Sequence record: MN850601.1
From: Escherichia phage inny
Length of the DNA: 64,000 nt
Direction: 5' to 3' (one strand)
Shown: positions 24,364-34,375 of the stretch, piece after piece
How the letters are laid out: every line of letters begins with the position of its first letter
How positions within the stretch are numbered: the first letter of the stretch is position 1
Notes under the pieces: generated by a model
The model's database searches: none
What the model was told of the DNA's origin: nothing
What the model saw: the letters and a program-made list of their open reading frames with translations, nothing else
Made by a program: the position numbers and the translations under genes

Positions 24364-24392
24364 TTGCAATAAGTCTGTTTTTGATGTATACT
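24364..24392 (+). promoter_or_regulatory. sigma70-like promoter TTGCAA-N17-TG-TATACT
   Basis: -35 at 24364..24369, -10 at 24387..24392. Confidence 0.5.
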
Positions 24393-24406
24393 AAAAAGGA
24401 GATACA

Positions 24407-24823
24407 ATGCTATTAGACCAATTTACTCTCCTTGATCTAACAACGTATCAGGGTCGTAAAAGAACCTATGTTCAAGATCCTGATTCGCCAATTTCCAATA
24501 TGGGTAATACAGTAGCATACGAAGACTTTACAATAGAGGCTGCAAGTTTGCAACCAATATCAGGTAGAACACTTCAAGCACTGCCAGAAGGATACAGATC
24601 TAAGGCACAATATAGCTTCTGGACAAAAACAGAAATCAGAGGCATCCAGCAAGGATCAGATCAATTATCTGACCAAATACTAATAGATGGACAATGGTTT
24701 TCCATTTATTCTTTGAAAGACTGGACAAGAACATCTTTCTTAATACACACACATTGTGTTGCTATTCTAGATGACCAGAATAACACCTACTCATATTCTG
24801 AGGAGGGTGGTAATTTTGGCTAA
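24407..24823 (+). CDS. hypothetical structural protein (138 aa)
   Basis: ORF track; AAAGGAG SD. Confidence 0.45.
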   Translation: MLLDQFTLLDLTTYQGRKRTYVQDPDSPISNMGNTVAYEDFTIEAASLQPISGRTLQALPEGYRSKAQYSFWTKTEIRGIQQGSDQLSDQILIDGQWFSIYSLKDWTRTSFLIHTHCVAILDDQNNTYSYSEEGGNFG

Positions 24824-25472
24824 TATCTATGAACAAATTGAATTGTATGAAAATACGATATTATTAAATATCGCTAAGTTCTTACAAAGACTAGTGGGGC
24901 TTCCGGTTTATGTTATGGATAAACCATTTGTTAAACCAACAACCCCATATCTGACATTACGTATTGTATCATCTGATGATTCAGGTGGTTGGTCACAAAA
25001 ATATTCTTTTAGTGAAGATGCGTTTTCCTATCTAATGGACAATAAGTATGAAATAGAACTTATGGCTTTTAGAGGAAGACCAATGACACTTTTAAGTTAT
25101 GTTCTTGCGGCACTTCGTGGTGCAGATGAATTAAAATACCAGTATCTTTATTCCAAAGGTATTAGCTTCTTATCTGCAACAAATGTTGCACAGGCTAACA
25201 CTGTTCTGGATGGAGATAAAACTGAACAAAGAGCGAGAATATTTCTTACATTCAATACTACGATGGTTATTGAGGATTTAGTAACTACCGAAATTGAAGC
25301 AATTAATATGAACATTCATTCGTTCAGAGATGATTACGATGATCCTACTCCAATAGATCTTCCTTTGGATAAGATTTACATTGTTGCTCACAGAAGTAAA
25401 ACTTATTACTTTACGACGACTGATGATGGATCATTAATTAAGTATATCCCAACGGATAATTCATTGGAATAA
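24816..25472 (+). CDS. hypothetical structural protein
   Basis: ORF track 24771..25472 trimmed to TTG at 24816 behind AGGAGGG; overlaps previous stop. Confidence 0.4.
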   Translation: MANIYEQIELYENTILLNIAKFLQRLVGLPVYVMDKPFVKPTTPYLTLRIVSSDDSGGWSQKYSFSEDAFSYLMDNKYEIELMAFRGRPMTLLSYVLAALRGADELKYQYLYSKGISFLSATNVAQANTVLDGDKTEQRARIFLTFNTTMVIEDLVTTEIEAINMNIHSFRDDYDDPTPIDLPLDKIYIVAHRSKTYYFTTTDDGSLIKYIPTDNSLE

Positions 25473-25492
25473 AGTTTCTAACAGGAGCATAA

Positions 25493-26899
25493 ATGGCAAC
25501 TTTTCGTGATAAGGTAGTTTCCGTAACCCTTACCTACGGTGCTACTTCAATTAGTGAAACACAGTTTGATATCCCTCTAATTCTTACAGGGCATAACGTT
25601 ACTGGCAATCTTGTAGATTATTTCACTTCTTCAGACGCACTTCTGCAAGCAGGTTTTGGCACTGCCGATCCAGCTTATAAAATGGCAAAACTACTATTTG
25701 ACGGTCTGTTCGCACCAGAACAAGTTATCGTCGGTAAGCGTGATGTTTCTAAAACAACTCTAACTCCAGTAGTTGAAGATAGTGCAACTTACGTTATCAC
25801 TATTAAAGCAAATTCAAAAAGCAAGGACTTCAAGTTTGTTGCCGATGATACTGCAACTGCTCAAGAGATTGTTGTTGGTTTAACAGAAATGATCAACGCA
25901 GACCTAGTGTATAAAGAATTTTTCACTGTGTCAAACGATGGTAGTGTTATCACTGTAACTCCAGTTGCAGGTAAATACGCTACTATGGATAGTTCAGGAT
26001 TCACAACTAAAGTAGAATATGCAAATGATATCTTAGAAGATATTGCTAAAATTGCAGACTATGAAAACAGTTGGTTCTGGTTACTATCTGATTCTCACGC
26101 AGAACAAGATATTATCGATCTAGCAGGTTATGTAGAAGAGCACGATAAAGTGTATTTCTTCTCTACCTCGCAACCAGGTGTTCTAACTAAAGAAGAAGAT
26201 AACATTCTAGAACGCTTAGGTGATATGGGCTACAATAACACTTGTATGGCACTGTGGATGACTAACGCTGATACAGTGTTCCCAGAAGCTGCTGTAGTTG
26301 GTTCTATCTGCTCTGCAACACCAGGTACTACTACCCTGCATGGTAAAACCCTTGTTGGTATCGAGATTGAAAAACTTGGTCAGACAGCAGAAAACTTTAT
26401 CGTTCAACAGAATGGTAATATTTACCGTAAAGAACACGGTGTTCTGTTCTACCGTGATGGCTTCATGGTTAGTGGTTTCTATGTTGACTATGTGGTACAC
26501 GCTCTGTGGTTCAAAGCTCGCGTAGAAGAATCTCTGTTCGCTCTATTCAAGCAGCAATCTATGCTTGGTAGTGGTGTTAGAGCAACTTCTGCTGGTCTTG
26601 CTTTGATTCGTCAGGCTGTTACTGCAAACCCAATCCAAGTAGGTATTAACAATGGTTCTATTGCCAATGAGGTAGTAACTTCAGAGGAAACAGGACTTCT
26701 GGTAAGCCTTAAACCTACTATCTATATCCCATCTCGTGCAGATATGACTGATGCTCAAATCAATGCACGTTTGGTTGATGGTATGGTTATTGAATACGTA
26801 TATGCTGGATTCTTCCACTATGTTAAAGTGCAGGTAAACGTTCTGACGAACCGCACTGCAAATAGCCAGAATTCCAATAGCTCTACTGTATCTTCATAA
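25493..26899 (+). CDS. tail sheath protein (putative)
   Basis: 468 aa; position immediately upstream of tube and tape-measure genes; size typical of contractile sheath proteins. Confidence 0.7.
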   Translation: MATFRDKVVSVTLTYGATSISETQFDIPLILTGHNVTGNLVDYFTSSDALLQAGFGTADPAYKMAKLLFDGLFAPEQVIVGKRDVSKTTLTPVVEDSATYVITIKANSKSKDFKFVADDTATAQEIVVGLTEMINADLVYKEFFTVSNDGSVITVTPVAGKYATMDSSGFTTKVEYANDILEDIAKIADYENSWFWLLSDSHAEQDIIDLAGYVEEHDKVYFFSTSQPGVLTKEEDNILERLGDMGYNNTCMALWMTNADTVFPEAAVVGSICSATPGTTTLHGKTLVGIEIEKLGQTAENFIVQQNGNIYRKEHGVLFYRDGFMVSGFYVDYVVHALWFKARVEESLFALFKQQSMLGSGVRATSAGLALIRQAVTANPIQVGINNGSIANEVVTSEETGLLVSLKPTIYIPSRADMTDAQINARLVDGMVIEYVYAGFFHYVKVQVNVLTNRTANSQNSNSSTVSS

Positions 26900-26907
26900 T
26901 TAAAAGC

Positions 26908-26930
26908 AGCGGGGGAAACCCCGCTTATAT
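26908..26930 (+). terminator. hairpin GCGGGG-GAAA-CCCCGC, weak terminator/attenuator
   Basis: perfect 6-bp GC stem after sheath stop; downstream T-run is weak. Confidence 0.4.
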
Positions 26931-26957
26931 GAAAAGTAGTATAAAAGGAGATCCACT

Positions 26958-27437
26958 TTGGATAAAATGCTTACTGGCGTAATGGCCTATGATCCTTCTC
27001 AAGTAATCCTGTCTTTGGGTGGTTGGGAACCTTGGGGTTTCGCCGCAGATACCAAAATTGTTATTAACAAAACTAACGATATCATCAACCCATATTCAGG
27101 TACTGATGGTGACGTTTCCTTGGCGCTTAGTCGTAACCGTTTAGGTACGCTAACAATGTCACTGCAACGTACTTCCCCAGCAAACGAAGTTCTTGCTGCT
27201 TATGCACAAACGATGTATTCTACTCGTCAAGTAGCATTTAGCGTATATCTGGAAGACCCTCGCGGATATTATATCAGCACAATTGGTTGGATTCAAAGCC
27301 AACCGGACGATACTATTGGTGAAACTATTCAAGAAAACCAATGGGTAATTGGTCTTAAAGATGCAAGCCTACTTCGTTCTACTGTAGGTGTTGGTGTTAA
27401 CGCACTTAACTCTATTAGTGCTCTAACTATTCAGTAA
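26958..27437 (+). CDS. tail tube protein (putative)
   Basis: 159 aa; TTG start behind AAGGAG; located between sheath and chaperone/tape-measure genes. Confidence 0.6.
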   Translation: MDKMLTGVMAYDPSQVILSLGGWEPWGFAADTKIVINKTNDIINPYSGTDGDVSLALSRNRLGTLTMSLQRTSPANEVLAAYAQTMYSTRQVAFSVYLEDPRGYYISTIGWIQSQPDDTIGETIQENQWVIGLKDASLLRSTVGVGVNALNSISALTIQ

Positions 27438-27440
27438 TAA

Positions 27441-27466
27441 AAAGGGCAGAAATGCCCTTTATTTTT
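27441..27466 (+). terminator. intrinsic terminator (GGGC-AGAAAT-GCCC + T-run)
   Basis: hairpin followed by TTTATTTTT. Confidence 0.6.
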
Positions 27467-27480
27467 AAAGAGAGGAAATA

Positions 27481-27963
27481 ATGGAACAACAAAAAGATAA
27501 TACTATTGCAAAATTTGCTCGTCCAGAAGTAATGGTTGAAATTGATCTGGATGAAGGACGCAGTGTAAAATTTAGAGTTCTCAAGTGGAGTCCAACTAAA
27601 GTTTTTGAAAGGATTCCAGAACTAGGTAGTGTACTGGCTGTTCCTATGACAATGTATAATACTGCTCTTATGTCAGCAGACGAAGATCTAGAAGCTCGTA
27701 TTGCTATGGCGCTGATCCAGTTATTCAGTGGTCTGGAAGAAAAAAACTTAGCCGCATTCTTACGTAAAATTTTAGATGAAGTTTACACAGAAGCAGGACA
27801 CAGTGTTTCCGATAATTTTGATGAATTGTTTTTTGCTCACCCAGAATTAGTTGTTGACTTAGCTGCAAAAGTTCTTGAGGTGAACTATGCCCCTTTTTTC
27901 AAACGAGGTTTCGGAAAACTGTTGACCCAATTTCAAGGAATAGAGACTCTAGCGAAGAGTTAA
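27481..27963 (+). CDS. tail assembly chaperone (putative)
   Basis: 160 aa acidic protein immediately upstream of the tape-measure gene. Confidence 0.5.
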   Translation: MEQQKDNTIAKFARPEVMVEIDLDEGRSVKFRVLKWSPTKVFERIPELGSVLAVPMTMYNTALMSADEDLEARIAMALIQLFSGLEEKNLAAFLRKILDEVYTEAGHSVSDNFDELFFAHPELVVDLAAKVLEVNYAPFFKRGFGKLLTQFQGIETLAKS

Positions 27964-28238
27964 GTCCGGCAATTAAATCAGCAATTGAAATTGCCTCACA
28001 AACCCTTAGCTTGACATGGTATGAAGTAATTCTTTGTAAGGTAATTAAGAATACCTCCGAAACCTTGTCCTCGTTAGATAATTATGGTGTAGATTATCTA
28101 CTTAAAATTTATGAATATTTAACATTTGAAGACTATGTACAAGATCTTCACGTTAAAGATGCGGATATTAAACGTGGTCAACAGAGAACAATAAGAGAAC
28201 TGGATACGGCTATGAAAAAATTAATTCCAGATTCATAA
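27879..28238 (+). CDS. -1 frame extension ORF (candidate frameshift product of the tail assembly chaperone)
   Basis: -1 frame is open from 27879 and overlaps the chaperone 3' end; slippery heptamer T-TTT-TTC at 27894..27900 in the zero-frame phase; ORF track lists 28011..28238. Confidence 0.4.
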   Translation, partial: GELCPFFQTRFRKTVDPISRNRDSSEELSPAIKSAIEIASQTLSLTWYEVILCKVIKNTSETLSSLDNYGVDYLLKIYEYLTFEDYVQDLHVKDADIKRGQQRTIRELDTAMKKLIPDS

Positions 28239-28257
28239 GTAATACGGAGGATTACCC

Positions 28258-30237
28258 TTGTTAGAAATTAACACTTCCAAGATTAAGAATACAGTAACGT
28301 TTACTGTAGATAAAGATAGTTTAAAAAATACTAAAGACGCAATTAAAAACCTTAAAACTTTTACAGAATCTATTGAACCATCTTTAAATATGACTAAAAT
28401 GCGTCGTCAATTTAAAAGTATGGAAGAGTATGCTAAAAGAATAAGGCAGCAAATGTCAGGTCTTGGCGGCGGTAATCCTCCACCAATCCCACCAACCGGA
28501 GGTTCAAGCGGTGGTGGAAAAGGAGGAAGTGGTAGAGGTGGTTCTGGATCTTCTGGAGGACGTAAAACACCAGAGGAAAGAGCCGCAGAAGCCGCCGCTA
28601 AACGTGCAGCACTTGCTAATATGAAGCAAGACGATTTTAGTTTTAAAGCTATGCCTTTTACAAAAGCAGACAGCAGAATTCTAGAAAAATCTAAAAAGAT
28701 TGTAGAAGAAACTGTTGAACTTTATCGTAAAGGTGTAATCACTAGCCAACAAATGAATAATACTTTGGCTAGACAGTTAGAAGAACTACGAAGATCTCAT
28801 AAAGAGAAGAATGCACAACTTCTTGATGAAGAGAGAGCTAGACGTAGAATTGCCCGTCTGCAAGAAGCAGAAGATAAAAGAAGACAGCGTATCCGAGAAA
28901 GAGAAAGAAAGGATTTCGAACGTCAGCAAAGAAGAGAAAAAGAAGCAAGACAACGCGACAGACAACGTAAGCTATCTGGTGTAGGTAATGCTGCTATTGC
29001 TCTTAACCCTGCTATGTTTGGTGCTGCTCTTTTAGGTGCTGGTTTATATCAAGGTATAAGTAAAATTGCCGAAGGTATTACTGCATCGGCAGAGCGTGTT
29101 AATATGGTTAGTAGAGGTGGTCAGAACGTACAGGTAAACCCTAACGCAATCTTAACAATGCGTACTTGGGGTGAAATGAACGGTGTAGACTCTGCTAGTA
29201 TTATTAAAGCTATTGATAACCTTAAAGACGTTCGTGAACGTTTAGGTAACACTGTACTCCACTCTGAATTTGATGAAAAATCAGGTAAATGGAAAGGTGG
29301 AGATAGTGGTATTAATGAAATCATGAACCAATTTGGTTGGACAAAAGAAGATGTTGCTAAATTCCAGAATAGACCTTTAGACTTTGTTCAAGCACTTGTT
29401 AATGAAGGTCAAAAAAGAGGAATGAACTCTGCGCAAATTGGTCGTCTGATGGAAAACCTTGGTGATGACTTAATGCACTACCAACGTATGTTTTTGGACA
29501 ATGGTAAAGAGTTTATGGAAGTCCTGGGAATGTTAAGTAATTCAGGCGCAACTCTTAACGACGAAAACATCCAAGCAGCACAAGATTTTGTTAAATTAAG
29601 AGCAAAAATCGATGCAGCAGGAGAAGGTTTTACCAATAACTTACTTGTAGGGTTTATGGATGGTTTAAAATCTGCACCAGATTTTGCAGAAAATATGAAA
29701 ACTTTCCAAGAAGCTGCTCGTGGTCTTGGTGAAATGTCTGGTAGTATTGTAAGTAGCCTTGCAAAAATTGCGAAATATTTCCTTGATTTTTCAAATAAGG
29801 TTGGGCCAAAAAACAATACTAAAGAAGCTGTAAGAGATTATTATAATGGTACGCAGTATGGGTACGATGCACAGGTTGGTGGTAATCCTTGGGCTTATTG
29901 GCCTATTGGAAGAGATCAACATCTGCCTGAAAATCAACCTTTAGGTAACTTTGATAGTAGTTTCTTAACTAGTGCCTTAAATCCAAGTGCTTCTAGTATT
30001 GGTTACAATAGACCTGATTTAACAGCATCTATGCTAACACCACGCCAAGGTGTTCCAATACCGTTAAGTCTAGAGAATACGGTTGTTATCCCAGACAACG
30101 CATTCCAGATTAATGTTATTCCAGATGGTTATGGTTTTAGTAATTATCTAGATGCGACAATGAATACCAGTTTTAGTAACTTCTCACAAGGTTTAACTCT
30201 TCAGTTAAGCAGTGGACAATCTTCTACTGGTGGTTAA
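28258..30237 (+). CDS. tail tape measure protein
   Basis: 659 aa; Gly/Pro low-complexity tract, Arg/Glu-rich coiled coil, hydrophobic segment; canonical position after chaperone genes. Confidence 0.75.
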   Translation: MLEINTSKIKNTVTFTVDKDSLKNTKDAIKNLKTFTESIEPSLNMTKMRRQFKSMEEYAKRIRQQMSGLGGGNPPPIPPTGGSSGGGKGGSGRGGSGSSGGRKTPEERAAEAAAKRAALANMKQDDFSFKAMPFTKADSRILEKSKKIVEETVELYRKGVITSQQMNNTLARQLEELRRSHKEKNAQLLDEERARRRIARLQEAEDKRRQRIRERERKDFERQQRREKEARQRDRQRKLSGVGNAAIALNPAMFGAALLGAGLYQGISKIAEGITASAERVNMVSRGGQNVQVNPNAILTMRTWGEMNGVDSASIIKAIDNLKDVRERLGNTVLHSEFDEKSGKWKGGDSGINEIMNQFGWTKEDVAKFQNRPLDFVQALVNEGQKRGMNSAQIGRLMENLGDDLMHYQRMFLDNGKEFMEVLGMLSNSGATLNDENIQAAQDFVKLRAKIDAAGEGFTNNLLVGFMDGLKSAPDFAENMKTFQEAARGLGEMSGSIVSSLAKIAKYFLDFSNKVGPKNNTKEAVRDYYNGTQYGYDAQVGGNPWAYWPIGRDQHLPENQPLGNFDSSFLTSALNPSASSIGYNRPDLTASMLTPRQGVPIPLSLENTVVIPDNAFQINVIPDGYGFSNYLDATMNTSFSNFSQGLTLQLSSGQSSTGG

Positions 30238-30244
30238 TGCATAA

Positions 30245-30270
30245 AGCCTCGCTTCGGCGGGGCTTTTTAT
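30245..30270 (+). terminator. intrinsic terminator (AGCCTCGC-TTCG-GCGGGGCT + T5)
   Basis: GC hairpin with TTCG loop plus U-tract after tape-measure stop. Confidence 0.7.
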
Positions 30271-30275
30271 TTGTC

Positions 30276-30305
30276 TTGACAAAGAGTTGTTTTTCGTGAT
30301 AAAAT
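30276..30305 (+). promoter_or_regulatory. sigma70-like promoter TTGACA-N18-TG-TAAAAT
   Basis: -35 at 30276..30281, -10 at 30300..30305. Confidence 0.55.
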
Positions 30306-30352
30306 GAGTGATAAGGGAGAAGGTTTCTTATCACATTAAGAGGTAAAATTAT

Positions 30353-31069
30353 ATGGCAGCAAACACTCCAGAACAACACGTTCAAGCGGTTTATAAAGCG
30401 GAACAAGAAATAAATTCTACAAAAAACACAAATAACTCTGCCTCTACTGTGAAAGGGGAGAATGGTTTTTGTATTTTAGCAAGTGTTTACAATAGTGCAA
30501 GTGATCAATATATTCAAAACTACCAAGCTATAGTTTTTGATGCTGTTCCAAATATCGGTGTAAAACGTCAAGCTGATGTTACGAGCTATCCTGTAGAAAA
30601 TGGTGCTAATGTATCGGATCACGTTCAAGTTAAAAATAATACTTTCTCTTTATCAGGAATGATTACAGAGACACCTGTAAGATTGATGCGAGATATGCTA
30701 TATAGTGCTGGTGTTAACGGTACTCGTATCAGTCAAGCAATTACTTACTTAGATAAAATATTTGATCAAAGACAGCCTATCATTTTAATAACAGAACATA
30801 AGGTGTATGAGAATGTTATTTTGAAAGGCATATCATATGAATATCAAACAGAGTATGCAATGCAATTTGACTTGGAATTTGAACAAGTAAGATTAGTTTC
30901 TTACGGAGAAACCAACGCTATTGCACTTAAGACTCAACCAAATAAAAACACAGGTGTTAAGAACAAAACAAACGCAACAGGTAGCAAACCAGATGCTGAT
31001 TTGAACAAACGAGCAGGACAAGCAACAGGCACTGAACATTTGAGTAATGACAGTCCAGATGGTAAGTAA
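30353..31069 (+). CDS. putative tail/baseplate protein (238 aa)
   Basis: ORF track; position in tail module. Confidence 0.45.
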   Translation: MAANTPEQHVQAVYKAEQEINSTKNTNNSASTVKGENGFCILASVYNSASDQYIQNYQAIVFDAVPNIGVKRQADVTSYPVENGANVSDHVQVKNNTFSLSGMITETPVRLMRDMLYSAGVNGTRISQAITYLDKIFDQRQPIILITEHKVYENVILKGISYEYQTEYAMQFDLEFEQVRLVSYGETNAIALKTQPNKNTGVKNKTNATGSKPDADLNKRAGQATGTEHLSNDSPDGK

Positions 31070-31083
31070 TAAGGAGTAATATT

Positions 31084-31503
31084 TTGGCTATTTCATCTTA
31101 TTCAAGAGTAAGTAGAAGCACTTCAAATAGCGGATATAACGCGGTATTTATTGATCAAAAGTTAGGTTATTCTTCTTGGTACTTACCTACAGAACAGTAC
31201 CCAGATCAAACATATACAGTAACTCTCGATGGAGTAGATTATGATATACGTTTGAGATGGAATACAAGAGATCAAGCGTGGCAAATGCAATTAGGATTAT
31301 CAGGAGACAATCCTAGTGTAACTTTTAAAGTAACCAATGGTTTAGATCTTCTAGAACCATATAAGTATATAGAATCTGTGCCGGATGGTCAACTTTATTT
31401 GGTAGATACTGTTAAAATAAACGGTAGACCTAATTACTATGACACAGGTGTAGATAAAAGATTTGCTTTGGTTTATATCGACGCTCTTCCATATCAAGCA
31501 TGA
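31084..31503 (+). CDS. putative tail/baseplate protein (139 aa)
   Basis: ORF track; TTG start. Confidence 0.4.
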   Translation: MAISSYSRVSRSTSNSGYNAVFIDQKLGYSSWYLPTEQYPDQTYTVTLDGVDYDIRLRWNTRDQAWQMQLGLSGDNPSVTFKVTNGLDLLEPYKYIESVPDGQLYLVDTVKINGRPNYYDTGVDKRFALVYIDALPYQA

Positions 31504-31519
31504 TAAAAGGAGTTTTTAA

Positions 31520-32530
31520 ATGGCAGAAGAAAGAAATTACACAAAAGCTCCTGCACCAAATCTAAACAGAGCATACAAACTATTAATAGGTACAGCTACT
31601 AATACTAAAGAAAAAAGGACAAAAAATTCCTCTTTCAAATCTACAGTAGACTTAGATACTAAATTAGGGGATGCTAAAAAATCAACCCCTAATTTGTATG
31701 TTATTACGGAGCACCAAATATCTTTCACAATAAGAAAAGATAATAATAAAGATCCTAATCAAGCCGAGATAACTATTTATAACCTAAGTGATGATACTGT
31801 TAATTATATTAACAAGGGTATTCGTAACAACTTGGCTGTTGCTTTGGCGGTAGGTTATGAAGGTCAAGAGTTAATTATGATCTTTAAGGGAACGGTGCAA
31901 TGGGTGAGTGATACCTTTAACAATACAGACAGACGTACAGTGTTACATTGTCTGGATGGTGGTATTAACATCTCCGAAGCAAGGACAAGCAGAAGTTATC
32001 CGAAAGGTACAAAAGTAAGTAAGGTTGTTAAAGATTTAGTTAAAGATTTAGGTACTACAGAAGGTAATATTCACGTAGACACAGAGAAAACTTTATCATC
32101 TGCAACAGCTATGTGTGGGAACACATCACATTACTTAGAAAGTATCTGTAAAGGTATTGATCACAATGTGTCGATACAAGATGGATCTGTTTACGTAACA
32201 CCAAGATCACAAATGTCTAGCGCAAGATGCGCATATATTAGTGCAGAAACAGGTTTAATTGGTAGTCCAGAACCTTTCCACAACGATATTAAACCGACAC
32301 AAAAAGTAACTAAATCTTCTAAGAAAGCTAAAAAGCCTACAGATGGTGTTAAGTTCAGATGTGAGATGAACGGTGCTATCCTACCAGAAAAAACTGTTTG
32401 GCTCAAGAGCCATAACTACGATGGTGGTTTTAAGGTAGTATCTGTTGTTCATACAGGAGATAGGGAAGGTAAAGACTGGACAACTGAAGTAGAGTCTGTA
32501 TCTGTATCTGCAATTATTAAGAAGGGCTAG
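31520..32530 (+). CDS. putative baseplate protein (336 aa)
   Basis: ORF track; tail module. Confidence 0.45.
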   Translation: MAEERNYTKAPAPNLNRAYKLLIGTATNTKEKRTKNSSFKSTVDLDTKLGDAKKSTPNLYVITEHQISFTIRKDNNKDPNQAEITIYNLSDDTVNYINKGIRNNLAVALAVGYEGQELIMIFKGTVQWVSDTFNNTDRRTVLHCLDGGINISEARTSRSYPKGTKVSKVVKDLVKDLGTTEGNIHVDTEKTLSSATAMCGNTSHYLESICKGIDHNVSIQDGSVYVTPRSQMSSARCAYISAETGLIGSPEPFHNDIKPTQKVTKSSKKAKKPTDGVKFRCEMNGAILPEKTVWLKSHNYDGGFKVVSVVHTGDREGKDWTTEVESVSVSAIIKKG

Positions 32531-32532
32531 AA

Positions 32533-33270
32533 ATGGATGCTTTAAATTTTGTAACAGCAATCCGTGGATTAATCAACGAGCAAGTTGCGGAAGTACATAC
32601 ATCTTTACCTGTAAGGGTAATTGGTGTAGATTATGGATCTAAGACAGTAACTTTAGAATCTATCGTAAAAAATACCAGATCTACTGAAGATGAAATAGAT
32701 TACCCAACATTCCACGATGTTCCTTTTATGGTAAATGGTGGCGGTACAGGTAGAATTTCATTCCCAATCAAAGCAGGAGATATTGGTGTTGTTGTCTTTT
32801 CAGAAAGAGATCCGTCGAATGCTTTCCAGACAGACGGAGATACAGCCAGCAGCGGAACATTAATTCAACCTTGTGGTTTGTATCCAGCCTGTTTTATTCC
32901 TAAGATAGCAACAGCTACAGATTCTTCAGAAGAAGTAGACTCTGAAAAAGTTGTTATCTCAAATAATAAGCAAACTTACGCTTCGTTTGATCCTAACGGT
33001 AATATATCTGTGTACAACACACAAGGTATGAAAATAGATATGACACCAAACAGTATCGTTCTTACTGATGCAGGAGGAGGAAAACTTACACTGCAAGGTG
33101 GGACTATGACATATAAAGGTGGTACTGTAAATTTAAACGGTTTAACAATCACACCTGACGGTCGTATGAAAGATAGTGGTGGCATTGGTTTACACACACA
33201 TACACACCCTGTACGCGGTGTTGAAACTGGTGGTAGCACTGTTACTTCCGACAAACCAAATGGAGGTTAA
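32533..33270 (+). CDS. putative baseplate central spike protein (gpV-like)
   Basis: 245 aa; beta-rich Gly-rich protein with C-terminal HTHTHP histidine cluster typical of metal-binding spike tips; position. Confidence 0.4.
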   Translation: MDALNFVTAIRGLINEQVAEVHTSLPVRVIGVDYGSKTVTLESIVKNTRSTEDEIDYPTFHDVPFMVNGGGTGRISFPIKAGDIGVVVFSERDPSNAFQTDGDTASSGTLIQPCGLYPACFIPKIATATDSSEEVDSEKVVISNNKQTYASFDPNGNISVYNTQGMKIDMTPNSIVLTDAGGGKLTLQGGTMTYKGGTVNLNGLTITPDGRMKDSGGIGLHTHTHPVRGVETGGSTVTSDKPNGG

Positions 33271-33273
33271 CAG

Positions 33274-33909
33274 ATGGGAATACCATTTGATTTAAAACTT
33301 GATGGTTCTAATGATTTAGTGATGGTGGATGGTGATTTAACACTAACCACAACTAAAAGTGAAATTGCATCACAGACGCTTGGAATAACACTTAGAACTT
33401 TCCGTGGAGAATGGTTCCTCAATTCTAATTTTGGGGTTCCATATCTGCAAGAGATTATTGGTGTTGCCAAGAAGAAAGAGATTGTTGATCGCATTTTCTT
33501 ATCAACTATAGCAAGTAATGTTTATATAGATAATATCAATTCCTACACATCCTCTTATGATAGAGATGATAGGTATTACTCAATGAACGTTACTGTTACA
33601 GTTGGTGAACAAGTTGTTAGTGCTCTATTCAGTACACAGCCGTCTGAAGAATATATCTATCCAGAAGCTGGTGATGATAATGCAGCAATCACTTGTGAAG
33701 CATTTGAAATTGTTGAATCTGCAAATAGACTCTATCGCTTTATTAACATTGTTGGTCTTCCTAAAGATACTTATTCTACTTGGTGGAATGAGTGGTCTAA
33801 CGAGGCATTGATTGAAAAATACCTTGTTAACGAAGCCAATAAAGGTCTTGCAACCAATTACAACTATGCTATAACAGCAACAATGGGAGCTACAAATAAT
33901 AATGGCTGA
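33274..33909 (+). CDS. putative baseplate protein (211 aa)
   Basis: ORF track; tail module. Confidence 0.4.
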   Translation: MGIPFDLKLDGSNDLVMVDGDLTLTTTKSEIASQTLGITLRTFRGEWFLNSNFGVPYLQEIIGVAKKKEIVDRIFLSTIASNVYIDNINSYTSSYDRDDRYYSMNVTVTVGEQVVSALFSTQPSEEYIYPEAGDDNAAITCEAFEIVESANRLYRFINIVGLPKDTYSTWWNEWSNEALIEKYLVNEANKGLATNYNYAITATMGATNNNG

Positions 33910-34375
33910 TTTAACTACAATCAAGGTGACTGATCTACCTGTAACAACATCTGTTTCAGACACAGATTATTTTGTAACAGATCAATCAGGCATCACTAAG
34001 AAAACATCATTACGTGTTCTTCTTGCGGGTGCTGGTGTTACACGAAATCGTCTTTCTGCAAGGGGTACTGTTACAAATACCCTAGCTTTAGATATTAGCA
34101 CGGCAGAGTATTTCTCTGCCACTTTATCTAGTCCAACTTGCAGTATTTCATTTAGTAATGTTCCAGTTACAACTAACATTGTTCAAAACTTTACGCTATC
34201 CCTACGTCAAGGCAGTGGAGCAAATAAAGTAACGTGGCCTCAATCTGTTAAATGGAGTTTTGGTCGCGCTCCTGTTTTGAGTTATAAACAGGGAGCTACA
34301 GATATTTTTGAATTTGTTAGTTATGATAATGGAGCTACCTGGATAGGTAGTTTAGTGATGGCAGGAGTGATTTAA
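33902..34375 (+). CDS. putative tail protein (157 aa)
   Basis: ORF track; overlaps neighbours by a few nt. Confidence 0.4.
   Translation: MADLTTIKVTDLPVTTSVSDTDYFVTDQSGITKKTSLRVLLAGAGVTRNRLSARGTVTNTLALDISTAEYFSATLSSPTCSISFSNVPVTTNIVQNFTLSLRQGSGANKVTWPQSVKWSFGRAPVLSYKQGATDIFEFVSYDNGATWIGSLVMAGVI

Noticed and set aside
28440-28980. Gly/Pro and Arg/Glu low-complexity tracts in the tape measure gene as a separate repeat element
   Set aside because: They are in frame within a single long ORF and typical of tape-measure proteins.
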